From the IMG/VR virus record IMGVR_UViG_3300035703_000089, positions 1,168 to 65,167 of that record: 64,000 nt of DNA. The stretch is one strand, 5' to 3'. Source of the stretch: a virus. Taxonomy: Duplodnaviria > Caudoviricetes. A model generated the notes under the pieces. The model was not told the DNA's origin. It did no database searches and was given only the letters and a program-made list of their open reading frames with translations. A program made the translations under genes and the position numbers. Numbering within the stretch: the first letter of the stretch is position 1; every line of letters begins with the position of its first letter. Below, one piece after another: positions 19,156 through 29,470 of the stretch.

Positions 19156-19873
19156 AATAGCCGTATGGGATGCTGATTTTATACCATTCTATGTTTGCTA
19201 TAATAAGAAGGATGAGCCTATTAAATCACTTGAAGAATGTAAAGCATTGTGTGACAGCATGATAGATACTATTAATATATCTACTAGATGTGATTATTAC
19301 ACAGGTTATTTAACAGTTGGAAAGTGCTTTAGATATGAGGTAAATCCTTCTTATAAAGCTAATAGAAAGTATGGAGAAACTCCACCATTCATTGCTGAAA
19401 TTAAAGATCATTTAAAAACTAATCACAATTTTTTATTTGATACAAGATATGAAGCAGATGATTTAGTTTTATCATTTAAAGCTCAAAATCCTCAATATGA
19501 ATGCGTTATTATATCTCCTGATAAAGATGTATTAAACTTGTATGAAGGTGGCTACAACCCACGTTTAAATCAATTTAAGTATACATCTAAAGAAGAGGCT
19601 GAGAAGTTTTTTTGGGGAAGTATGATAATAGGTGACAGAGTTGATGGGATTCCAGGAATTCCCGGCATGGGTAAAAAAGCAGTTGAAAAATTATTTGATA
19701 GGCCAAATATAACATCATATATGGCTATTGTTCAAGAAGAATACTGTAAGGTATTTGGAGAATATGAAGGAATAAAAGAGTTTACAAGGAATTATTTAAG
19801 TTTAAAGTTAGTTGACAATGTGAAATTAGAAGAAGTGAAACTTAATAAAATAGATAAACTACTTTGTGAATAA
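19103..19873 (+). CDS. 5'-3' exonuclease / flap endonuclease (T7 gp6-like)
   Basis: DAD, YKANRK, EADD, SPDKD and GDRVDGIPGIPG motifs; true start may be the later MESQK. Confidence 0.9.
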   Translation: MGLKSSMTLKIMESQKDKIAVWDADFIPFYVCYNKKDEPIKSLEECKALCDSMIDTINISTRCDYYTGYLTVGKCFRYEVNPSYKANRKYGETPPFIAEIKDHLKTNHNFLFDTRYEADDLVLSFKAQNPQYECVIISPDKDVLNLYEGGYNPRLNQFKYTSKEEAEKFFWGSMIIGDRVDGIPGIPGMGKKAVEKLFDRPNITSYMAIVQEEYCKVFGEYEGIKEFTRNYLSLKLVDNVKLEEVKLNKIDKLLCE

Positions 19874-20444
19874 ACGGCAAAAAATAGAAGGAACTAAATT
19901 AAATAAATGTGTAAGATTAGTCTTACCAATGTGTGATATAAACTTTAGTATTTTACCTAAAAACTTTACTAATGGTTATATATCAGATAATAATAAAGCA
20001 ATTATAGTATTTGATAAAAAATATATTTTACCTGAAACAGACAACTTTGAAATCTTTTTATTACATTTGTGTGAAAATAAGAATTTTAAGCTTAAAACTG
20101 AAGATGAAGATGAAATAGTTGTTTACTTTAATATACCAAGTATATGGCTTGATGACCTCAAACTATTTAAAATTGGTGCTTATAGTAAATTTTCAAATGA
20201 TTATAAGAAAAAATTAGTACAATATTTTGGCAATAGGTCTATAAAAGATACGTATCATGCAAATGTATACAATGCTATATATCCTCAAGATTTTAAGAGG
20301 AAACAGATTGCTGAAAGACTTAGTACTAAAAATAGTATAGTAGATTACAGAGATATAGTTGAAGTACTGGAAGTGCCTGATTTGTTTAAAGAAACATTTA
20401 GGCCAATAACACAATTACAAGAAACAAATATAAATAATATATGA
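19866..20444 (+). CDS. hypothetical phage protein
   Basis: ORF with FKIGAYSKFS motif. Confidence 0.7.
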   Translation: MNKRQKIEGTKLNKCVRLVLPMCDINFSILPKNFTNGYISDNNKAIIVFDKKYILPETDNFEIFLLHLCENKNFKLKTEDEDEIVVYFNIPSIWLDDLKLFKIGAYSKFSNDYKKKLVQYFGNRSIKDTYHANVYNAIYPQDFKRKQIAERLSTKNSIVDYRDIVEVLEVPDLFKETFRPITQLQETNINNI

Positions 20445-23400
20445 CAAAAGATAAGGAAGTATTAAGTAAGATTACGATCTTCAACAAGTATGCTAAGTTC
20501 ATACCTGAATTAAATCGTAGAGAAACATGGGAAGAGTTATGCACAAGATATCAAGATATGATGATAAGTAAATATCCATCATTACAAAATGATATTAAAG
20601 CTAACATGAAATACATTTATGATAAGAAAGTTTTACCATCAATGCGTGCATTACAATTTGCAGGTAAAGCTATATCAAAGAATGAAAGTCGTATATATAA
20701 TTGTGCTTATTTGCCTGTAGATGATTACAGGGCATTTTCAGAAACTATGTTTTTATTATTAGGTGGTACTGGCGTGGGTTATTCCGTGCAGTACCATCAT
20801 GTTGAAAAACTAAATGAGATTCACAAGCCTACAAAACTACGTAAATATGTAGTATCTGATAGTCTTGAAGGTTGGGCAGATGCAATTAAAGTGCTTATGA
20901 AAGCATATATTGGTGGTTCTAGTTACAAGCCTAAATTTAACTTCAGTGACATCCGTCATAAGGGAGTTAGATTAGTAACTGCAGGTGGTAAAGCACCAGG
21001 GCCTAGACCTTTAATGGAATGCATTGCTAAGATTGAAGGACTATTAGAATCTAAAGAAAATGGTAGTAAATTAAAGCCTATTGAGTGTCATGATATTCAA
21101 TGCTATATTGCAAATGCAGTATTATCAGGTGGTATAAGAAGATCAGCAATGATTAGCTTATTTTCATTTGATGATGATGAAATGCTTAAATGCAAATATG
21201 GTAATTGGTGGGAACTTAATGAGCAAAGAGGACGTAATTAATTTGTGCGCCCTAAAATATGGTGAATTGCTGGAAACCCCTTAGAGTCTTAACTACCAAA
21301 GAGTAAAAATGTTAAGAATTGGGCAATCAGCAGCCAAGTCTATTAAATAATAGAAAGGTTCAACGACTATCCGCAAGGAGTACAATCGAGTGATTGGAAG
21401 CGCCATACACTATAAATTTATAGTGAAGATATAGTCTAATCTTAATGGAAACATTAAGCAGTTGTTAAAATAGCTTAAATTTTATATTAGCTCTTGCACT
21501 ATATTCATTTATTTATTATATTTATAATATGTACAATTCTTTTATAAATAAATATAAAAATCAAATAATTAAAGATGATTATTTTGAAATGCATCATATA
21601 AAACCTAGATATTTAGGTGGATGTAATAGTGAAGAAAATTTAATTAAATTAACTTATAGACAGCATATTTTAGCTCATTTATTATTGTGGAGAAAATATA
21701 AAAATCCAGAAGATATGTGTGCTTATAGATTAATGAAAGGTTTATCTAAAGATAGAAAATCTGAAATATGCAAAATGATTGGAGAAAAAAATAAAATATC
21801 TGGTCATATCTATAAGTTAGGATTAAAAAACAAAGAAACTAATTGGATAAATAAAATTAAAACTAAAGAAAGTTTATCAAAAGGTGGAAAAATTGCTGGA
21901 AAAATAGCAAAAGAAACTGGTCAGATAAATAAAATTAAAACTAATAATTCTTGTAAAAAAGGTGGAATTACTCAAGGAAACAAAGCTAAAGAATTAGGTC
22001 AAATACAACAGATAGCCAAATATAAAGGTAAATATGTTTTAATAATGCCTGATGGTAAAGAATTTTTACATGCTTTTCAAGCTTCAGAATACATGAATGT
22101 TGATTCAAACACAATTAGTCAAAGATGTTATTCAGGAGCGTTAGGGTACAAAAGAAGATTAAAAAAACAAGAAGAATATGGTATGTATGGAGTTTTAACA
22201 ACGGAGTAGAAATTAACGAGTCTACTTGAATAAAAAAAAGGCAAATAATTCAGCTGTAATAGTACGTAATAGAATTAAAAAAGAAGAATTTGATGAAGTT
22301 TGGGAAAAAATTGAATTATCTAATTCAGGAGAACCTGGATTATATTTTACTAATAACAGTGATTGGGGCACTAATCCTTGTTGTGAAATTGCACTAAGGC
22401 CATTTCAATTTTGTAATCTCTAAACAAACATGGAGATTTAAAACGTGGAGAATTGCTGGAAAATCTAAACGTAAAGGCGTAGACAATCAGCAGCCGAGCC
22501 TACAGTCTGTAGGAAGGTTCAACGACTATCCTGAAAAGGAGTACACTTAAGTAAGTGGAAGCACCACGCACTAGAAATAGTGATGATATAGTCTGAACTT
22601 ATAAGAAATTATAAGATGAGTAAACTTTAACAAATATTTAACATGTAAAATTTTCAAATATAGATTTAATTTTGTAAATTAATATTATTACAAAACTAAA
22701 CATTATGGAAGATTTTAAAATAAACAGGGAAGGTAATTTAATTTCACAAACTCACAGAGAATGTACTAATAAAAATTGTAAAAAAATTTTTAAAAAAACA
22801 TCAAAAACTGTTACTTTATGTAATGAATGTAATTCAAATAGAGTAAAAGGGCGTGATAAAAAAACTAAAATGCTTAATGGTGCTAAAAATAGAGCTAAAA
22901 TTAAAAATTTAGACTTTAATATAGACTTAAGTGATATAATTATCCCTGAATATTGTCCAGTTTTAAAAATAAAATTAAATGTTCACAAAGGAATATCAGG
23001 AGGTAAAAAAGATTCTCCTGCTTTAGATAGAATAAATAATAATATTGGATATGTTAAAGGAAATGTTAGAGTTATTAGTCATTTAGCAAATATGATGAAA
23101 AGTCATGCAAACAATGAAGAATTATTGCTTTTTGCAAAATGGATTAATAATACTCTGGCTGAGAATAACGAACTCAGTTGAACAATTTGGTGAAATTAAT
23201 GTAAGTGATATTGCATCTCAACAAGACTTAAATGAAAGAGCTTCTGTAGCATCATTCTTTGGTACTTTACAAGCAGGATTTACTGATTTCCATTACTTAC
23301 GTCCAATATGGAGAAAAACTACTGAGAAAGATGCTTTAATTGGGGCTGGAATGACAGGTATAGCTTCAGGTGAAGTTTTGAAATATAATCTAGCTGAAGC

Positions 23401-24115
23401 TGCTGAGGTTGTTAAGTTTATTAATGAACAAGTAGCTGCTAAGATTGGTATTAATAAAGCTGCACGTACTACAACTATTAAACCATCAGGTACAACTAGT
23501 TGTGTATTAGGTACATCAAGCGGTATTCATGCATGGCATAATGATTATTATATTCGCCGTATAAGAATAATGAAGAATGATCCTTTATATTCTTATCTAA
23601 TAAAAGAACTACCTGAACTTATTGAAGATGATAAATTACAGTTTAATACTGCAGTATTATCTATTCCTCAAAAAGCTCCAGAAGGTTCTATTGTTAGGAC
23701 TGAAAGTGCAATACAATTACTTGGTAGAATTAAGTATTTTAATATGAAATGGGTTAGAGAAGGTCATCGTAAGGGTGATAATACTAACAATGTATCAGCA
23801 ACTGTTTCAATTAGAAATGAAGTTATACCTGGTATGAGAATTGAAAATGGTGTAGAGATACGTGATGAACTTAGAGAATGGGATGCTGTTAGAGAATGGA
23901 TGTGGGATCATAAACACACATTTAATGGCTTATCAGTATTACCATATGATAATGGTTCATATGTACAAGCACCATTTACAGATTGTACTGAAGAAGAATA
24001 TAATAAGTTGTATGCTTTAATCAAAGATATTGACTTAAGTAAAGTAATTGAAGAAGATGATAATACAACTCATTCTCAAGAAGCTGCTTGTGCAGGTGGA
24101 GAATGTGCTGTTTAA
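20441..24115 (+). CDS. nrdJ: class II (B12-dependent) ribonucleotide reductase, spliced: exons 20441-21235, 22241-22421, 23190-24115 (633 aa)
   Basis: YNCA, GGTGVG, RRSA, TNPCCEI, IKPSGT and C-terminal CAGGEC; splicing gives QRGR|ANNSA and FCNLCEIN in frame. Confidence 0.92.
21494..21524 (+). promoter_or_regulatory. putative promoter TTGCA-N18-TATATTTA
   Basis: Matches the repeated motif; ends 4 nt before the ATG at 21529. Confidence 0.6.
21529..22209 (+). CDS. HNH homing endonuclease (MobE-like)
   Basis: HHIKPRYLGG...NLIKLTYRQHILAHLLL; located in the intron P9 region. Confidence 0.88.
   Translation: MYNSFINKYKNQIIKDDYFEMHHIKPRYLGGCNSEENLIKLTYRQHILAHLLLWRKYKNPEDMCAYRLMKGLSKDRKSEICKMIGEKNKISGHIYKLGLKNKETNWINKIKTKESLSKGGKIAGKIAKETGQINKIKTNNSCKKGGITQGNKAKELGQIQQIAKYKGKYVLIMPDGKEFLHAFQASEYMNVDSNTISQRCYSGALGYKRRLKKQEEYGMYGVLTTE
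22652..22682 (+). promoter_or_regulatory. variant promoter TTTCA-N18-TAAATTAA
   Basis: Same spacing as the other copies with two mismatches; overlaps hairpin ttttgtaa/ttacaaaa. Confidence 0.45.
22705..23181 (+). CDS. His-Me finger (HNH-like) homing endonuclease with N-terminal zinc finger
   Basis: CTNKNC...CNEC; CPVL...SPALDRINNNIGYVKGNVRVISHLAN. Confidence 0.85.
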   Translation: MEDFKINREGNLISQTHRECTNKNCKKIFKKTSKTVTLCNECNSNRVKGRDKKTKMLNGAKNRAKIKNLDFNIDLSDIIIPEYCPVLKIKLNVHKGISGGKKDSPALDRINNNIGYVKGNVRVISHLANMMKSHANNEELLLFAKWINNTLAENNELS

Positions 24116-24126
24116 TAATTTAAATT

Positions 24127-24498
24127 ATGAATAACAAAAATTATATTGTAGAAGAAAGTTTTGATGTAAATGATTCTAGAGTATTTGAAACTGGTGCAAA
24201 ACGGGACTCAAATTACGCTAAGCCTTTTATTCATAACTTACAAGGTTATACAAGATTAAGATTTGGTTATCATACTAATTTAGGTGCTAGAAAATATGGT
24301 GATGGGAATTTCCTTAAAGGGATTCCCACTCCTGTAGCACTTGAGTCATTAGACAGGCATTTAGCACTATATTTAGTAGGTGATAGGTCAGAAGATCATT
24401 TATCTGCAATAATATTTAATGCACAATTATGTATGTTAAATGAAAGAGATGAGGGTATGCAATCAGATCATTTTTATAAAATAAACAGTAATAAATGA
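24127..24498 (+). CDS. DUF5664 dATP/dGTP diphosphohydrolase-domain protein
   Basis: FETGAKRD, GARKYG..NF.KGIP, SLDRH and EDHLSAIIFNA motifs. Confidence 0.82.
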   Translation: MNNKNYIVEESFDVNDSRVFETGAKRDSNYAKPFIHNLQGYTRLRFGYHTNLGARKYGDGNFLKGIPTPVALESLDRHLALYLVGDRSEDHLSAIIFNAQLCMLNERDEGMQSDHFYKINSNK

Positions 24499-25418
24499 AT
24501 AAAGTAAATAAAAAAGAAGATGCAATTTATACTTGGTTAAATGAACGTAAAGGTTATTTAAAGAAAGGTATAATGGCTGGTTTTAACATCTATAGAAGTA
24601 CTGTAGATAAAACTGCAAGTTTTATTGATTACAACGATGCTTTAAGGCGTTTAAGACTTGAAAATGAAGATCATTATAAGTCTAAACCTAAACCATCTAA
24701 ACCTGTTAAAATAACAACTTACAAACCTATTAGATCTAGTAGTTCTAGTAATAAACAAAATACTTTGGCTATATCTGATATGCATGAACCATTCTGTAAA
24801 GAAGGTTACATGGAGCATTGTATGGAAATAGCTAAGAAGTATGAATGTACTAGAGTAGTATTAATAGGTGACGAAGTAGATTTATGTGGCATAGGTCAAT
24901 GGGAAAAAGATCCTGACGGATTTAGTGCAGGTTCAGAAGCTGCTATGGCTCATGAAAAGATGAAGTTATGGTATAAAGCATTTCCTGAAGCTTATGTATG
25001 CATAGGTAATCATACTGCAAGACCTTTTAGAATGGCTAGAACAAGTGGTATTCCTAAAAAGTTTATAAAGTCTTATGAAGAAGCTTGGGAAGCTCCTAGT
25101 ACATGGAAATGGGCTGAACATTGGGAATTTGATGGTGTATTATATACACATGGTACAGGTTTTAGTGGTGCTAATGCAGCTATTAGAATAGCTACAAGGC
25201 ATCGTCAAAATACTGTAATAGGTCATATCCATAGTGAGGCTGGTATTCAATACTCTGCAAGTAAGATAGATTTAGTATGGGGTATGCAATTAGGTGGCGC
25301 ATTGGATGATAGTTCATATGCAGCTTATTATGCAAAAGATCAACTTAAAAAATCTATTGTAGGTTGTGGTGTAGTATTAGAAGGTAGATTACCAATTTAT
25401 GAACCAATGAAATTATAA
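24495..25418 (+). CDS. calcineurin-like metallophosphoesterase
   Basis: SDMH, GDEVD, GNH, THG and GHIH motifs. Confidence 0.88.
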   Translation: MNKVNKKEDAIYTWLNERKGYLKKGIMAGFNIYRSTVDKTASFIDYNDALRRLRLENEDHYKSKPKPSKPVKITTYKPIRSSSSSNKQNTLAISDMHEPFCKEGYMEHCMEIAKKYECTRVVLIGDEVDLCGIGQWEKDPDGFSAGSEAAMAHEKMKLWYKAFPEAYVCIGNHTARPFRMARTSGIPKKFIKSYEEAWEAPSTWKWAEHWEFDGVLYTHGTGFSGANAAIRIATRHRQNTVIGHIHSEAGIQYSASKIDLVWGMQLGGALDDSSYAAYYAKDQLKKSIVGCGVVLEGRLPIYEPMKL

Positions 25419-25445
25419 TTTTAAATTAATAAACAACAAAGTAAA

Positions 25446-25772
25446 ATGAAAAGAACAGTAACATCAAGAAGAAGTACTAGTACTAAAAGTAAACCTGCTA
25501 AAAAAGTGGCTACTAAAAAATCAACCAAAAAGGTTGCAACTAAAAGTCCTGCTAAGAAATCAACTGCTAAAAAAGTAGTTAAAAAGGCTGTAAAAACTAC
25601 TAATAAAGTTACAACAACTCCTAGAACTACTAGAGTTAAAAGAACTAGTAGTATTGAAAAGACTCCATCTAATACATTTCGTGTAAGAAAAGTTATTAAT
25701 GGTAAACGTCACAACATTTCATTTAAAACACGTAAGGATGCAGTAGCATATCTTAACATGTTAAATGGATAG
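25446..25772 (+). CDS. histone H1-like basic protein with C-terminal AP2/Arm-type DNA-binding domain
   Basis: KKVATK and PAKK repeats; C-terminal FRVRKVINGKRHNISFKTRKDA. Confidence 0.7.
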   Translation: MKRTVTSRRSTSTKSKPAKKVATKKSTKKVATKSPAKKSTAKKVVKKAVKTTNKVTTTPRTTRVKRTSSIEKTPSNTFRVRKVINGKRHNISFKTRKDAVAYLNMLNG

Positions 25773-25774
25773 GT

Positions 25775-25819
25775 AAAAAGTAACCCCATAAGCAATTAAG
25801 TTTATGGGGTTTTTTATTT
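25775..25819. terminator. bidirectional intrinsic terminator between the convergent genome arms
   Basis: A run, stem aaccccataagc / gtttatggggtt, then T run. Confidence 0.85.
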
Positions 25820-25834
25820 AAACTAAATTTAATA

Positions 25835-28800
25835 TTATTCCATAGCTTTACTAGTTCCTTGGTAAAGTCTTTCAATCTGAGTAAGAAATGGTATATTCTT
25901 TTCAGCAGCAACTCTAATTCTTAAATCACCTTTGTGTATACCAGTCTTGTAATAAGGATCACCAGTAATAGTTTTTTGTGTAGCTTGTACTAATTTAGCA
26001 GCATCAGTAATAATACTCATTGCAGGTATAGAACTTTGTGTAATCTTTTCAAATGCTAATGGACTAGTAAAGAATGCCATATCATTTTGAGTTCTAAGAT
26101 TAATGTTTATAAGATAATTTAAAGCTTTTTTCTCATCGTCATCATCAGAATCTAAAGATTTTAATATTAATGTTAACATGTATAAATGTAAATATATTAA
26201 CATTTCCATAGCATTTTTGCGCATATTAGCTTTGTCAACTTCAGATAAAGAATCTAAACTAGTTTTAAATGCACCGCCAAAGGTTAAAAAATTTGCCATC
26301 TGGCTTAATAATAACATAGGCCCTTGAACTAAACCTTGTTCTTTAAGAGTTATAAATCTACCTTTTCTAGATCTACCTAATAATAAATCTTCTTTTTCAC
26401 CTTCAAATCTAGCAGCAAATCCTTCTGCTACCCAGTTTCTAAACATTGTAACAGCTCTACCTAATGTAACTTTTTTAATAGCAACAGGTGAACTTGGATC
26501 ATAGTTACCATGTACAATTTTTTTAACTTGCTCTAATTTAATTTTAAAATCAGATTTTTCCTTTTCACTTTGCGGAGGGAATTCATCAGTTTTCCAATTA
26601 CCTTCTTCATCATAAGCTTCCCACATAGATCTTTCATTACCTTGTAAATCTTTAATTTTTTTATTAAGAAGCATTGCAACAAATGTGCTACCCTGATTTA
26701 AATATTCAGCTCTTTTAGTTAATTCATAAGGTGATAATTTCTGTAAACCTTTTGCTACACCTGATTCAAATGCCGTAGAATTATAACCAGCTTGGTCAAT
26801 TTCTCCTACAACATTAAAATTAACCATCATGTTGTTAATCTTTTTAGCAGTTTTAGTTTCTAAAGCATCTAATGAAGCAGATTTACCTACAGAATTTAAC
26901 ATTAATCTATAAGCTTTAAGATAATCACCTGCAGTATAATCTTCATTACCTGAAGCATGTATTAAGTTACTTATAAAACCTACTACAGTATTGTTTACAG
27001 GAGCAAATAAATTCCAACCCATACCTTTTAGTTGAGCAAATTGTATTACTTTATCCCAAACTTTTGAAGCTACTACGTTAGAACCTAATTCATCTATTTT
27101 AGCTTGTATTTCTTTTTTAGCATCTTCATCAGTAGTTTCAGCAAGTTGCTTTTCTAAATCAGCTTTAATAGCCTTTTCTTCAGTATTTAAAAGTTTTTTA
27201 GTTTTAGAAACACCTTCTTCAATTCTTCTTTTATTATACAATAATGCTTCAACAGCATAGTTATATTGAGCTCTATAGTTTTTTAATTTACCTTCTACAG
27301 ATATAGCTTCATTACGAGCATTCATCTTAGGAGTTCCGTCAGGATTTAAAACAGCTTCCTTAGAATTATTAACTACTTGTTCTAATAATCTAATACTATC
27401 TTCAATTTCAGATTTATGCTTAAATGATAAAGCCATTATTGAAAATGCTTTAGTAATTCTAGCTAAATCATAAGATTTTTCATCAGCCTTAAGGTTTTTA
27501 CCAACCATTGAAATTGGTAAAGTTTTAATAAGCTCACCTGTTTCAGGATCCCTTTCCTCATAACTAATACCTGATGGTGAACTTGTAGTTAATTCTGATA
27601 TAATTTTATCATACCAACCATCTAAACCACCTTTAATTCCTTTATCAGAAAATAACTCAGCTATATTTTTACGTATCTCTGGTATATAATTGTATTGCAA
27701 ATCTTCTACAGCACTATCTGGTAAATAATCACGTAATTCATTAAACTTATCTATAGTATATTTGTAGTAATCATATAATGCAGGATTATCTTGAATAACA
27801 TCAAACTTTGCGTCATGCCAATTAGTTTTTTGACCATCAGGAGTAAACCTTCTAGGAACTTCAGAAGTATATTTATACCCTTTAGGGTTTATAAACTTTT
27901 CTCCTAACTTAATTTTTTTACCTTCATATACTCTTTCAGCATAAACAAATGGACTATTTGTTAATAACCATTCTTCCATCATAGCGTCTTTAGCACTTTG
28001 ATCGGCTTCTAATGATGAAATATATTCTTTTTGAGCTTCTAAATCCTTTTTATATAGGTCAAATTTGGCTTGTAGGCGATCATAATACTCTTGATAACCC
28101 TTTTCCCCTAATTGTAATTTTAAATCGTTTATATGAGCTGTAATATCTTCTTCAGAGAATTCTTTACCACCATCTAACTCTTTATACTCATTATAAAATA
28201 ACTTTCTTAAATCAAATAATATATTATTTTCTTTTTTCCATTTAAAAAAATCTTCCCAATTACCTGTTTTTTTAGCATCATCCCTTCTTTTACCAGACTC
28301 TTTATAAAATACATCAGAAAATCTACTGGTCATCATACCAGTTTTTTTACCATCTTTATCTTCTTGTGCAAATATATCAAAGCCTTTTTGCTTATATTCA
28401 ACAGTTTTTTTAACTGCATCCATTAAAGCATCAACCTCTTTAACAGTTTTAATAACTTCCTGTTCAGTTTTAAAATTAGCTTCTTTAATAATCTTAGATG
28501 TTACTTGAAATATAACATCATTAGTCATACTAATATCTCTTAAATTAGCTTGAAGAATATCAATTTCTTTTTTAGCACCAAATATTTGTTCCTTAGTAGG
28601 CGTTACACCTTGTTTAAGGAATATATTCATTACAGTATTTTCAAATACTTTAGTATACTTTAAACTTAATTCTTTAGCTCTTAATTCAATATTATTAACT
28701 GCCTGAACATTTAAACTATATTGACCATCAGTTCTTTCTAAATCATTTGCATCAAATATAGTGCCTACTACATTATTCCATTGATGTAATATTTTATTTG

Positions 28801-29470
28801 CATAGAATAAATCTGAAGTTGAAATTTCATCCTTATTAAGGATTTTCTCAACATCATCCATGTCACTATTACCAAATGACACAACATTTGCTAATTTATC
28901 TTCAGCTATTAATTCAGCTTCACGTTCTTCAAGAGTTTTAATCTTTGCACTTATTTCAGCAAATTTAGTTCTATCAGATTTATTAGCATTTAAGTTACGT
29001 TTTAATGTAGATATCCTATCAGTTATTTTATTAATTTCATTTTGAAATCTATTAACTTTAGGTAATGTAGCTGGTGAATAATCAACTTCAGTTATTTCAT
29101 CGCCATTAATTCTCTTATATTCCTCAATAAGCTCTTTAGGAATGTTCCAACTTATTTCAGTATAATATGTAGAAATGTTTTTATCTATATAAGCAACAGT
29201 TCCAAATTTATCTGACATAAATTCTTCATTAATCCTATCTACAAGTTTCTGTCCCCAATTATTAGTTTTAGGTTTATCATCTAATTGAGGGTTATTCTTG
29301 TTAACCATTAAAAAGGTTTTATTTGGGGCAGTTTTTAAATAACGAGCAGAAGTCCTTTGATTATATTCAGGCTCAACATATCCAATATTAGGCACATCTG
29401 TAGGGTTAAATCCTACAATCTTAGCAATTCTTTTAATTATTTCTCTTCTATAATGTTGTTCGCAATCCAT
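25835..29470 (-). CDS. large internal virion (cargo/ejection) protein
   Basis: 1211 aa, helical; directly downstream of the virion RNAP as in crAss-like phages. Confidence 0.7.
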   Translation of the reverse strand: MDCEQHYRREIIKRIAKIVGFNPTDVPNIGYVEPEYNQRTSARYLKTAPNKTFLMVNKNNPQLDDKPKTNNWGQKLVDRINEEFMSDKFGTVAYIDKNISTYYTEISWNIPKELIEEYKRINGDEITEVDYSPATLPKVNRFQNEINKITDRISTLKRNLNANKSDRTKFAEISAKIKTLEEREAELIAEDKLANVVSFGNSDMDDVEKILNKDEISTSDLFYANKILHQWNNVVGTIFDANDLERTDGQYSLNVQAVNNIELRAKELSLKYTKVFENTVMNIFLKQGVTPTKEQIFGAKKEIDILQANLRDISMTNDVIFQVTSKIIKEANFKTEQEVIKTVKEVDALMDAVKKTVEYKQKGFDIFAQEDKDGKKTGMMTSRFSDVFYKESGKRRDDAKKTGNWEDFFKWKKENNILFDLRKLFYNEYKELDGGKEFSEEDITAHINDLKLQLGEKGYQEYYDRLQAKFDLYKKDLEAQKEYISSLEADQSAKDAMMEEWLLTNSPFVYAERVYEGKKIKLGEKFINPKGYKYTSEVPRRFTPDGQKTNWHDAKFDVIQDNPALYDYYKYTIDKFNELRDYLPDSAVEDLQYNYIPEIRKNIAELFSDKGIKGGLDGWYDKIISELTTSSPSGISYEERDPETGELIKTLPISMVGKNLKADEKSYDLARITKAFSIMALSFKHKSEIEDSIRLLEQVVNNSKEAVLNPDGTPKMNARNEAISVEGKLKNYRAQYNYAVEALLYNKRRIEEGVSKTKKLLNTEEKAIKADLEKQLAETTDEDAKKEIQAKIDELGSNVVASKVWDKVIQFAQLKGMGWNLFAPVNNTVVGFISNLIHASGNEDYTAGDYLKAYRLMLNSVGKSASLDALETKTAKKINNMMVNFNVVGEIDQAGYNSTAFESGVAKGLQKLSPYELTKRAEYLNQGSTFVAMLLNKKIKDLQGNERSMWEAYDEEGNWKTDEFPPQSEKEKSDFKIKLEQVKKIVHGNYDPSSPVAIKKVTLGRAVTMFRNWVAEGFAARFEGEKEDLLLGRSRKGRFITLKEQGLVQGPMLLLSQMANFLTFGGAFKTSLDSLSEVDKANMRKNAMEMLIYLHLYMLTLILKSLDSDDDDEKKALNYLININLRTQNDMAFFTSPLAFEKITQSSIPAMSIITDAAKLVQATQKTITGDPYYKTGIHKGDLRIRVAAEKNIPFLTQIERLYQGTSKAME

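Larger units (their letters stand above)
21236..22240 (+). mobile_element. group I intron 1 in nrdJ
   Basis: P/Q/R/S elements (aattgctggaaa, aatcagcagcc, ttcaacgacta, aagatatagtc); exon GGACGU pairs with IGS GCGCCC; P10 AUUUGU/GCAAAU; terminal G. Confidence 0.92.
22422..23189 (+). mobile_element. group I intron 2 in nrdJ
   Basis: P/Q/R/S elements; exon AAUCUCU pairs with IGS GGAGAUU; terminal G at 23189; junction T|GT rebuilds a Cys codon. Confidence 0.92.

Noticed and set aside
23105-23189. MQTMKN... start of the tracked 336-aa ORF, and the tracked starts at 22226 and 14476
   Set aside because: 23105 and 22226 lie within introns and 14476 is an internal Met of an exon, so none is a real start.
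13178-24115. Helicase and RNR fragments as frameshifted pseudogenes or intein-split genes
   Set aside because: Group I intron cores with U-G 5' sites and terminal G restore the frames exactly; no intein C...HN motifs were seen.
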